A DNA stretch of 17,300 nt from Candidatus Muiribacteriota bacterium (GTDB lineage Bacteria; Muiribacteriota; Muiribacteriia; Muiribacteriales; Muiribacteriaceae): positions 1 to 17,300 of the forward strand of contig JBNJGP010000056.1 of the NCBI GenBank assembly GCA_051747805.1. Direction: 5' to 3'. This document shows, piece after piece, positions 7,973-16,065 of this stretch. Position numbers and translations under genes: made by a program. The notes below the pieces were generated by a model. The model was not told the origin of the DNA, did not search any database, and saw nothing but the letters and a program-made list of their open reading frames with translations. How positions within the stretch are numbered: the first letter of the stretch is position 1; the number at the start of each line of letters is the position of its first letter.

Positions 7973-9261
7973 TTGAAATAAAAAAAAATTTAATTAAAAC
8001 AGCACAAAAAGATATTTTATACATAGATTATTTCAGATTATCTCCGGCTAAAAAATATCTCATAAATGGAGCTTCTGGTTCTGGAAAAACCCTTTTTTTA
8101 AAATATGTGGCCGGCATTCTGGATTTTTATGATGAATTTCAGTTAAAGAATAATTTTGTTTTTAAAAATAATAAAGAACTTGTTTATGATAAATACTGCG
8201 GTGAATCCAGAGATTTCTTTTATATTGGACAGGATATAGAAAATTATCTGACAGGTGTATTTTGCGAGGACGAGCTTGCGGGAGTTATTCCTGATGATGA
8301 TTATGAAAATTCATTAAAACATGCAGTGAATTTTTTAGAAAAAAACAAAAGTGAGTTTATTAATAAAAAAATTTCAACACTTTCACAGGGGGGAATGCAA
8401 AAACTCCTGGTATTTGCCGCAATCTTATCTGGACGTAAATATATTTTTTTAGATGAACCATTTGCCAGACTTGATTTTGATGAAAGAAAAAAAACAGCAA
8501 AGCTACTTAGTGAAAGCTGTATGAACCATAATATATCCTTTATAATAGGCGGGCATGGTATTGAAACATTTCATCTGGAATTTGATGAAAGTTTTATTAT
8601 TAAAAATAAAAAGTTGATTCCTTTAAATAATGTTGAAAGTATTAAAAAAAATTTTTTGAGTTTTTATAATAAGAAAAAATCAAAAGAAGGTTCAGATAAA
8701 AAAGCAGTAGAAATAAAAAATGTAGATTTTAAAATAAATAAAAAAGAAATAATCAGAAATTTTTCAACCCTTTTTTATTATAAAAATATATATGCTATTG
8801 TGGGAAAAAACGGTTCTGGAAAGACTACTCTTGCAAAGCTTATTCATCATAAAAAAAAGCCGGGGAAAGGGGTTATTATTAAAAATTTTAATAATTCAGT
8901 TTTTCTGGGTAGAAACCCCGATTATCATTTTTTATTTGGAAAATTAACAGAGGAGGCTGAATTTTCCGGGGTTAAAATAAATGATGAAATTTTACGGGAA
9001 CTGAATATTCCTGGACTTGAAAAACTCGATGAGTTAAGTTATGGACAGAAAATGCGTTTTTTAATGTATTTATATTCTAATGTTCAAAATTCTGATGTAT
9101 TTATTTTTGACGAAAGTTTATCTGGACAGGATAAAGAGGGAACTCAGATATTGTTTGATATTTTTTTGAAACAAAAGAAAAAAGGAAAGTGTATAATACT
9201 TATAGGACAGGATAAATTCTGTTTCAGACAAATAGCAGATAAAATAATTTTTATGGAATAA
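7969..9261 (+). CDS. ABC ATPase with two fused NBDs, probable ECF transporter A component (divergent)
   Basis: Two Walker A motifs (GASGSGKT, GKNGSGKTT), two signature-like motifs (LSQGG, LSYGQ), two Walker B (FLDEP, IFDES); no TM; adjacent to an EcfT-like gene. Confidence 0.75.
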   Translation: MIEIKKNLIKTAQKDILYIDYFRLSPAKKYLINGASGSGKTLFLKYVAGILDFYDEFQLKNNFVFKNNKELVYDKYCGESRDFFYIGQDIENYLTGVFCEDELAGVIPDDDYENSLKHAVNFLEKNKSEFINKKISTLSQGGMQKLLVFAAILSGRKYIFLDEPFARLDFDERKKTAKLLSESCMNHNISFIIGGHGIETFHLEFDESFIIKNKKLIPLNNVESIKKNFLSFYNKKKSKEGSDKKAVEIKNVDFKINKKEIIRNFSTLFYYKNIYAIVGKNGSGKTTLAKLIHHKKKPGKGVIIKNFNNSVFLGRNPDYHFLFGKLTEEAEFSGVKINDEILRELNIPGLEKLDELSYGQKMRFLMYLYSNVQNSDVFIFDESLSGQDKEGTQILFDIFLKQKKKGKCIILIGQDKFCFRQIADKIIFME

Positions 9262-9272
9262 AGGAAAAAATT

Positions 9273-9845
9273 ATGAATAAAGGAAAAATAAAAGAATTTT
9301 CAAAAATAGCAGTATTTTCATCTATATGGGCTGTTTCTGAGGTGTTTCTCGGTAATTATCTTCATTCAGTTAACCTGCCTATGAGGGGAGTGATTTTAAC
9401 AGCCCTGCCTGTTTTTCTTTTTTCTGTAGGCTCTTTTTATTTTAAAACTCCGCTATCCCCGTTAAAAACAGGTATAATTGTTGCACTAATAAGAACCATA
9501 TACTCCTGGAAGTTTAATATATTTGTTACTCTGGCAATTATGATGCAGGCAGTTCTTGCTAATATAATTCTTTTTCTTTTTTCAAAATCTTTTTTTACCC
9601 CGGTGCTGCTGGGAGTCTTTCTTCAGAGCTGGACCTATTTTCAGTCCTACTTTATGAGGGTTTTATTTGCAGGTACTGATTTAAAAGTGGTAATTGATCG
9701 AGTACTTGATATTTCATTTATACAGTATTTTTCTTCTCAAATCATTATCATTTTTTTAATAATTTATCTGATACATATACTTCCTGGAATTGTTGCAGGA
9801 ATTGTTGGATATAAAATAGGAAAGGAACTATCCGGAAATCACTAA
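9273..9845 (+). CDS. Integral membrane protein, putative ECF substrate-binding (S) component
   Basis: 190 aa, 5-6 hydrophobic segments, lies between ECF-like ATPase and T component; N-terminal IWAVSEVFLG..LH....P..G pattern. Confidence 0.55.
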   Translation: MNKGKIKEFSKIAVFSSIWAVSEVFLGNYLHSVNLPMRGVILTALPVFLFSVGSFYFKTPLSPLKTGIIVALIRTIYSWKFNIFVTLAIMMQAVLANIILFLFSKSFFTPVLLGVFLQSWTYFQSYFMRVLFAGTDLKVVIDRVLDISFIQYFSSQIIIIFLIIYLIHILPGIVAGIVGYKIGKELSGNH

Positions 9846-9890
9846 TGTTGAAGCTGAACTGCATCTAAAAGCTGGATATTATAACTTATT

Positions 9891-10589
9891 TTGAAAATTA
9901 AATTTACACTGCTTTTTTTTTATCTTTTTATAACGTTAATATCAGTTTTATCGGTTTTTTCAGATTTTTACTCTCTGGTTTTTTTAGGGGCTTATTTAAT
10001 TTTATTTATTAAAATTCATTTTAAAGAAGCTTTTACAATAGAAATAAGATCAATTCTTTTTTTTCCTGTTTTGATTTCTGCTTTTGTGCTTCCTTTTATT
10101 TTTCCTGATAAAATAGTTGTTTTTAATTTTCTACCTATTTCTATTGAAGGTTATATTTTTTTTCTCAGATTTTCTTTAAGATTTTTGCTTTTTCTTTCGG
10201 CTTTTTCACTCTTTACATTTGTATTTTCGCCAAGAATTATTGTTCAGGAACTTTCAAAAGCGGGATTTGTTGAAACTGGTTTTATTTTAGGAATAGCCTT
10301 TAATCAGCTTTATTATTTTGAGGAGTTAATAAAAACGATATGGAATGTAATGAGGCAGCGAAAACGTTATAAAAAAATGAGAATATCTGATTTCTTTATT
10401 TTTTTAAAGGCAGTTATGAAACATTCGCTTAGACGTTCAGAACAAATTGCTTTTTCTATATATGCCTCAAAAAGTTATACAAAAATAAATAAAAAGTATT
10501 CAGAAATTTTGAAAAAAAAAGATTATGTGTTATTAATACATACAGGGATAATAATATTTGTTCTAATGGGACTAATCCAGTTTAGATAA
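9891..10589 (+). CDS. ECF transporter transmembrane T component (CbiQ/EcfT-like)
   Basis: N-terminal TM helices, then amphipathic coupling helices with MRQR and SLRRSEQIAFSIYA resembling EcfT motifs, C-terminal KKKD + TM; TTG start without clear SD (in-frame TAA at 9882-9884). Confidence 0.65.
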   Translation: MKIKFTLLFFYLFITLISVLSVFSDFYSLVFLGAYLILFIKIHFKEAFTIEIRSILFFPVLISAFVLPFIFPDKIVVFNFLPISIEGYIFFLRFSLRFLLFLSAFSLFTFVFSPRIIVQELSKAGFVETGFILGIAFNQLYYFEELIKTIWNVMRQRKRYKKMRISDFFIFLKAVMKHSLRRSEQIAFSIYASKSYTKINKKYSEILKKKDYVLLIHTGIIIFVLMGLIQFR

Positions 10590-10600
10590 AGGAGAATTTT

Positions 10601-12349
10601 ATGAGAAGGACAAAAATACTGGTGACATTAGGACCTGCTGTTGATTCAAAAGAAAGTTTAAAAGCACTTTTAAAAAGCGGAATGAATGTTGCTAGATGCA
10701 ATTTTTCGCATGGAGACCATAAAGAGCATCTTTTAAGAATAAATAAACTTAGAGAAGTTTCAGAAAAAGAAGGGTATAATGTGGCTGTGCTTATGGACAC
10801 AAAAGGTCCTGAAATAAGGACCGGAGAATTCACTGATGGTAAAATTTCATTAAAAAAAGGCGAGACAGTTGAGTTAACTACCAAAAATATTAAGGGTAAT
10901 AATAAAATCATATCTGTTTCTTATAAGAAAATTACTAAATGTGTTAAAGCTGGAACAGAAATTCTTTTAGACGACGGTTTAATAACTCTGCAGGTGATAA
11001 AAATTTTATCCCCTGAAAAAATCCTCTGCTCTGTTGAAAACAGCGGAGAAATAAAGGATAAAAGAGGTGTAAATATTCCCAATTTTCCAATTGACCTTCC
11101 TAATCCTACAGCACGTGATAAAAAAGATATTGTTTTTGCCGTGGAAAATAATATTGATTTTATTGCTATTTCTTTTGTTCAAAATGCAGATGTTGTACTT
11201 GAATACAAAAAGCTTTTAAGAAAATACGGCGGAGAAAAAATACAGGTAATTGCAAAAATTGAAAACAGCACCGGATTAAAAAATTTTGATTCTATATTAA
11301 ATGTTGCTGATGGAATAATGGTTGCAAGAGGTGACCTTGGAGTTGAGCTTCCGCTCGAAGAAGTGCCTATAGTTCAGAAACAGCTTATTCAAAAATGTTT
11401 TACTGCGGGTAAGCCTGTAATAACGGCAACTCAGCTTCTGCATTCAATGATAAATAATCCACGTCCTACCCGGGCCGAAGTTTCTGATATTGCAAATGCA
11501 ATATATGATTTAACTAGTGCTGTTATGCTTTCAGGCGAAACAGCCATTGGAAATTATGCTGTTAAATGTGTAGATATTATGTCAGTTGTGGCTGAAAGGG
11601 CAGAAAAAGCTATTAATTACAGAAATATTTACGTTAACTCTTTAAAAAATTTTGTAAGTGGTAAAGATGTAACAACTGCTGTTACAAATGCGGCTCTTAC
11701 CACCGCCTACGAGATTGGTGCAAAAGCTATAGTAACTGTAACTGAAACAGGATACACAGCACGCCTCCTTTCTAAACTGCGACCACGTATGCCGATTATT
11801 GCGATAACCTCAGAAGAAAAAGTATATCATCAGCTTAGTATTAACTGGGGAGTTTTTCCAGTTATGGGAAAAAAATATAAAACTCTTGATGAAATGCATG
11901 AATGTTCAGTTTCTCTGGCACTTAAGGACAAACTGATAGAAAAAGGGGATATTATTGTCATAGTTGCAGGTATTCCTGTTGGTATTTCTGGTGCAACCAA
12001 TCTTATCAAGGTAGAGATTGTGGGCGATATTCTTGTTAAAGCTGAACCTGTTACATATGGCAGAGTAACTGGTAGAATATGTATAGGAAATAATATTGAA
12101 GAGTTTAAATTGAATTTTAAAAAATCAGATATTGTAGTTATCAAGTATCTTGATGAAAATTATCTAACTTTTTTAAAGCAGGCTTCTGCTATAATTATTG
12201 AGGATAACGATATTGAGGGCAAGGCCGCACTTATAGGAAAAACTCTTGATATTCCCATTATAAAAAGGGCAAGGGCTGCAACTGACATTCTTAAGAACGG
12301 AACAACCGTAAAAGTTGATGCTTATACTGGAAAAGTATTTAAAATATAG
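10601..12349 (+). CDS. pyk: Pyruvate kinase with C-terminal PEP-utilising enzyme mobile domain
   Basis: RRTKILVTLGPA, NFSHG, DTKGPEIRT, IAKIE, MVARGDLGVE, PRPTRAEVSD, VMLSGETA; about 100-aa C-terminal extension; SD AAGGAG 10589-10594. Confidence 0.97.
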   Translation: MRRTKILVTLGPAVDSKESLKALLKSGMNVARCNFSHGDHKEHLLRINKLREVSEKEGYNVAVLMDTKGPEIRTGEFTDGKISLKKGETVELTTKNIKGNNKIISVSYKKITKCVKAGTEILLDDGLITLQVIKILSPEKILCSVENSGEIKDKRGVNIPNFPIDLPNPTARDKKDIVFAVENNIDFIAISFVQNADVVLEYKKLLRKYGGEKIQVIAKIENSTGLKNFDSILNVADGIMVARGDLGVELPLEEVPIVQKQLIQKCFTAGKPVITATQLLHSMINNPRPTRAEVSDIANAIYDLTSAVMLSGETAIGNYAVKCVDIMSVVAERAEKAINYRNIYVNSLKNFVSGKDVTTAVTNAALTTAYEIGAKAIVTVTETGYTARLLSKLRPRMPIIAITSEEKVYHQLSINWGVFPVMGKKYKTLDEMHECSVSLALKDKLIEKGDIIVIVAGIPVGISGATNLIKVEIVGDILVKAEPVTYGRVTGRICIGNNIEEFKLNFKKSDIVVIKYLDENYLTFLKQASAIIIEDNDIEGKAALIGKTLDIPIIKRARAATDILKNGTTVKVDAYTGKVFKI

Positions 12350-12360
12350 TAAAAATTTTC

Positions 12361-12389
12361 TTTACTTTTAACCTTTTTATTGATAAATT
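12361..12389 (+). promoter_or_regulatory. Putative internal sigma70-type promoter directly upstream of ABC exporter start codon
   Basis: -35 TTTACT 12361-12366, 17-nt spacer, TG-A-TAAATT extended -10 (12381-12389); AT-rich background lowers specificity. Confidence 0.4.
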
Positions 12390-12396
12390 TCACCAT

Positions 12397-14133
12397 ATGA
12401 AAGTATGGAGATTTATAATAAAAAGAGCCAGAAAATATAAATGGCGGTATTTTGCAGGAATTACAACGTTATTAATTGTAGATATTGCTCAGCTTTTTAT
12501 TCCTCTTGTAATAGCTCATGTAATAAATCAGCTTGAAAAAATGAATATAGACCTTTCTCGACTTCTTATATACGGTGGAGCAATTACTGGATTGGCCTTG
12601 ATAATGTCCACCATGAGGTTCCTCTGGAGATATTTTATTGTTCTTTCTGCCTTTAAAATGGCCAGGGATATAAGAGGGGAAATAATGGAAAAATTTTATT
12701 CTCTTCCGCTTTCTTTTTTTATTAAAAGTAAAAGTGGTGATTTAATGGCCAATGTTATAAATGATGTTAAGGCTGTAAGGTTTTTTTTAGGAATTGGTCT
12801 TATAGCACTTTTTGATACACTTATTCTATCAACTCTGGCTCTTGGTTTTATGATTTATATTTCGCCACGACTTACTCTGATGGCACTTCTGCCCGCCCCG
12901 TTTATAGTTGCTGTTATGCTTTTTTTTGAGGGACCTCTTATGAGTAAATTTCTTTCTATTCAGAAATTATTTGGAAAAATGTCTGAGAAAGCAAAAGAAA
13001 CTATTGAGGGAATTGCTCTTATTAAATTATACAGACTATATGGACTGAAAAAAGAGGAATTTTCTTTTCTTAACAGGGATTATAAAAAAGATAATATGAT
13101 TGTAACAAGTATAGACGCTCTTTTTCGACCACTTATTGAGTTCCTGATGATGTCAACTATGGCAGTAATTATTTATTTTGGGGGGGTAAAAGTGATAGAG
13201 GGCGATATTTTTCTGGGTGATTTTGTTGCTTTTACCCGCTATCTGAATATTTTAATATGGCCTATGATTGCCCTAGGTTGGATTTTTTCTCTTTATCAGC
13301 GGGCTAATTCAGCCTTAAAAAGAATACACGATGTTTTAAAAGAAGAAAATCCAATTCTTTCAAATAAAAATTTAATTACAGAAAATTTTGAGGGAAAAAT
13401 ACAATTTAAAAACGTTAATTTCAGATATCCTGACTCAAAATTCGAGGTTAAAAATCTGAATTTTAAAATAAATCCGGGAGGTCTTATAGGTATCACAGGT
13501 AAAATAGGAAGTGGGAAGACAACAATTATTAATCTTATTTTAAGAATGTACGATGCAGACAAGGGTGATATTAAAATTGATAACGAGGATATAAAAGATT
13601 ATTCAGTAGATTTTTTAAGAAGCAATATAGCCTATGTTCCTCAAGAAACTTTTCTTTTTTCAGAAACAGTTTATGAAAATATGAAATTTGCTCAACCACA
13701 TATTACAGATGAAAAAATTATAGAAGCTTTAAAAACTGCAGATGCATGGAATTTTATAAATGATTTGCCTGAGAAGTTAGATACAGTTATTGGCGAAAGA
13801 GGAGTTTCTCTTTCTGGTGGCCAGAGACAGAGATTGTCGCTTGCACGTGCGCTTCTTCTTGAAAAACCTCTTATAATTATGGACGATTGCTTATCTGCGG
13901 TGGATTCAGAAACAGAAAAAAACATTCTTATGAATCTGAAGAATTACTGGAAAAAAACCACCTCCATAGTTGTTTCGCATAGAATTTCAGCTTTTCATAC
14001 AGCTGATGTTATTTTTGCTATGGACAAGGGGGAAATCATTGATAAAGGAACGCATGATGAACTTAAAAAAGATTCAGTTATATATAGAGAAATTTATAAA
14101 AAACAGCAGCTGGAGGAAGATTTAGATAAGTAA
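12397..14133 (+). CDS. Heterodimeric ABC exporter subunit, TMD+NBD (MdlA/BmrC-like, degenerate Walker B)
   Basis: 6-TM N-terminal domain; GKIGSGKTT, YVPQ, LSGGQRQR, Walker B IIMDD (no catalytic Glu), SAVD, SHR. Confidence 0.92.
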   Translation: MKVWRFIIKRARKYKWRYFAGITTLLIVDIAQLFIPLVIAHVINQLEKMNIDLSRLLIYGGAITGLALIMSTMRFLWRYFIVLSAFKMARDIRGEIMEKFYSLPLSFFIKSKSGDLMANVINDVKAVRFFLGIGLIALFDTLILSTLALGFMIYISPRLTLMALLPAPFIVAVMLFFEGPLMSKFLSIQKLFGKMSEKAKETIEGIALIKLYRLYGLKKEEFSFLNRDYKKDNMIVTSIDALFRPLIEFLMMSTMAVIIYFGGVKVIEGDIFLGDFVAFTRYLNILIWPMIALGWIFSLYQRANSALKRIHDVLKEENPILSNKNLITENFEGKIQFKNVNFRYPDSKFEVKNLNFKINPGGLIGITGKIGSGKTTIINLILRMYDADKGDIKIDNEDIKDYSVDFLRSNIAYVPQETFLFSETVYENMKFAQPHITDEKIIEALKTADAWNFINDLPEKLDTVIGERGVSLSGGQRQRLSLARALLLEKPLIIMDDCLSAVDSETEKNILMNLKNYWKKTTSIVVSHRISAFHTADVIFAMDKGEIIDKGTHDELKKDSVIYREIYKKQQLEEDLDK

Positions 14134-16037
14134 TGAGTGATTATGGTTATTCACAGGTCTTTTCTGTAGTAAAAGACATAAAAAAATACTGGAAAGTTCT
14201 AATAATAGGACTAATAACCCTGATATTTGTAAGCGGGTTTGAGATATATTTCCCGAATTTTATCAGAGGAGTTATAAATACCTATATTGGTGGAAAAATA
14301 ATTACTGTTTCTGAAGAAAATATTACTGTTTACGGACCCCTTGATTCTATTCAGCAGGATTTATTAGAAAATAAGGGAAAAAAATTAATAGATTATGAAA
14401 ACAGCAGTTATGTCAGATATTCTGCTTTAAACGAACTGTCTTATGAGGATAGAGTTGAGCTCAGACGGGAAGATTTAAGCTCTATTAAAGATAGTGTTAA
14501 ATTTATTTTTATACTTCTTCTTTCTTATATTCTTATATATTTTATTCATTTTTTCTGTATAAACTATATTGGCCAGAGTGTTATGTACGATTTAAGGGAA
14601 AAAGTTTTTAATAAATTACTTTCTTTTAAAATGGATTATTATATCAGAACACCGGCCGGAGTTCTTGTAACACGTGTTACAAATGATATTGAGGCAATAA
14701 ATCAGTTTTTTTCAGGAGTTATACTTACATGGCTTAAGGACGCGGTGTTGATTTTAGGAATAGGGTTTATGATGTTTAAAATAAACGCAAGAATGTTTAT
14801 GGCCCTTTTTATTATTTTCCCTGTGCTTATAATGTTTATGATTTATTTTCAGAAAAAGCTCAGAGATGCCTATAGAATAATACGTAAAAAAGTTTCTAAA
14901 ATGAATGCATTTATTGCTGAGAATTTGGCGGGAATGTACATTATAAAGAGTTTTGTAAAAGAAAAAAGACAAAAAAATAAGTTTTTAAAAATTAATGAAG
15001 AACTTTACTCGGCTTTTGAAAAGCAAGTGCTCATTCATGCACTTTTTATGCCAACTGTAAATGTTCTTAAGTTCTTTGCAATATCAATAGTTGTTGTGTA
15101 TGGCGGTTATATGATAATACGTGGTCAGATGCTTTTTGGCGATATTGTTGCTTTTTTTTCCTATATTGAGCTCTTTTTTAAGCCTATAAGAGGAATTGCT
15201 GAAAAATTTAATATGCTTCAAAGCGCCCAGGCAGCGCTTGAACGAATTTTTTTAATATTACAGGATGACAAAAATATTGAAATAGAAACTGGTGATAAGG
15301 AGCTTTATTTTGAAAAAGAAATAGAGTTTAAAAATGTGTGTTTTGAGTATAAAAAAGGGGAGCCGGTCCTTGAAAACATAAATTTCAAAGTAAAAGCTTC
15401 AGAAAAGGTTGCTTTTGTAGGTCATACCGGTGCTGGAAAAACTACAATAATTAATTTAATTACTAACTTTTATAAAATAAAATCAGGAGATATTTTAATA
15501 GATGGAAGAAGTATATATGAATATTCCCTGAATAATCTGAGAAAGAATTTAGCCTATGTTCCTCAGGATGTTTTTATTTTTACAAATACTCTTAGATATA
15601 ATATATGTTTTTCTGAAAGCAATCAGTCTTTTTTAGACAGCATAAACTCAAAACTTGAACTTACTCCATTTTTTGATAAACTTGAAAACGGTGTTGATAC
15701 TTATATGGTGGAAAGAGGTAATTCACTTTCCTATGGTGAAAAACAGCTTATTGCATTTGCAAGAAGTCTGTTTTTTAATCCGGCCATTATAGTACTTGAT
15801 GAGGCTACTGCCAATATAGATTCAAACACAGAACATCTTATACAGAAAGCAATGGAAAATTTACTAAAGGGAAGAACTGCCCTTATTATCGCCCACAGGC
15901 TTTCAACAATAAAAAATTGTGATAAAATTTTTGTTTTGAATAAAGGACGGATTGTAGAGGAAGGAACACATTCGCAGCTTCTGGAAATGAATGGTTATTA
16001 TAAAAAGTTATATAAACTGCAGTACGAAGAAAGTTAA
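14133..16037 (+). CDS. Heterodimeric ABC exporter subunit, TMD+NBD (MdlB/BmrD-like)
   Basis: TMD with extended loop after TM1; GHTGAGKTT, YVPQD, degenerate signature LSYGEKQ, consensus IVLDEAT, IAHRLST; TAATG overlap with partner. Confidence 0.92.
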   Translation: MSDYGYSQVFSVVKDIKKYWKVLIIGLITLIFVSGFEIYFPNFIRGVINTYIGGKIITVSEENITVYGPLDSIQQDLLENKGKKLIDYENSSYVRYSALNELSYEDRVELRREDLSSIKDSVKFIFILLLSYILIYFIHFFCINYIGQSVMYDLREKVFNKLLSFKMDYYIRTPAGVLVTRVTNDIEAINQFFSGVILTWLKDAVLILGIGFMMFKINARMFMALFIIFPVLIMFMIYFQKKLRDAYRIIRKKVSKMNAFIAENLAGMYIIKSFVKEKRQKNKFLKINEELYSAFEKQVLIHALFMPTVNVLKFFAISIVVVYGGYMIIRGQMLFGDIVAFFSYIELFFKPIRGIAEKFNMLQSAQAALERIFLILQDDKNIEIETGDKELYFEKEIEFKNVCFEYKKGEPVLENINFKVKASEKVAFVGHTGAGKTTIINLITNFYKIKSGDILIDGRSIYEYSLNNLRKNLAYVPQDVFIFTNTLRYNICFSESNQSFLDSINSKLELTPFFDKLENGVDTYMVERGNSLSYGEKQLIAFARSLFFNPAIIVLDEATANIDSNTEHLIQKAMENLLKGRTALIIAHRLSTIKNCDKIFVLNKGRIVEEGTHSQLLEMNGYYKKLYKLQYEES

Positions 16038-16065
16038 AATAAAATAAAAGAAAAAGGAGTTTAAT

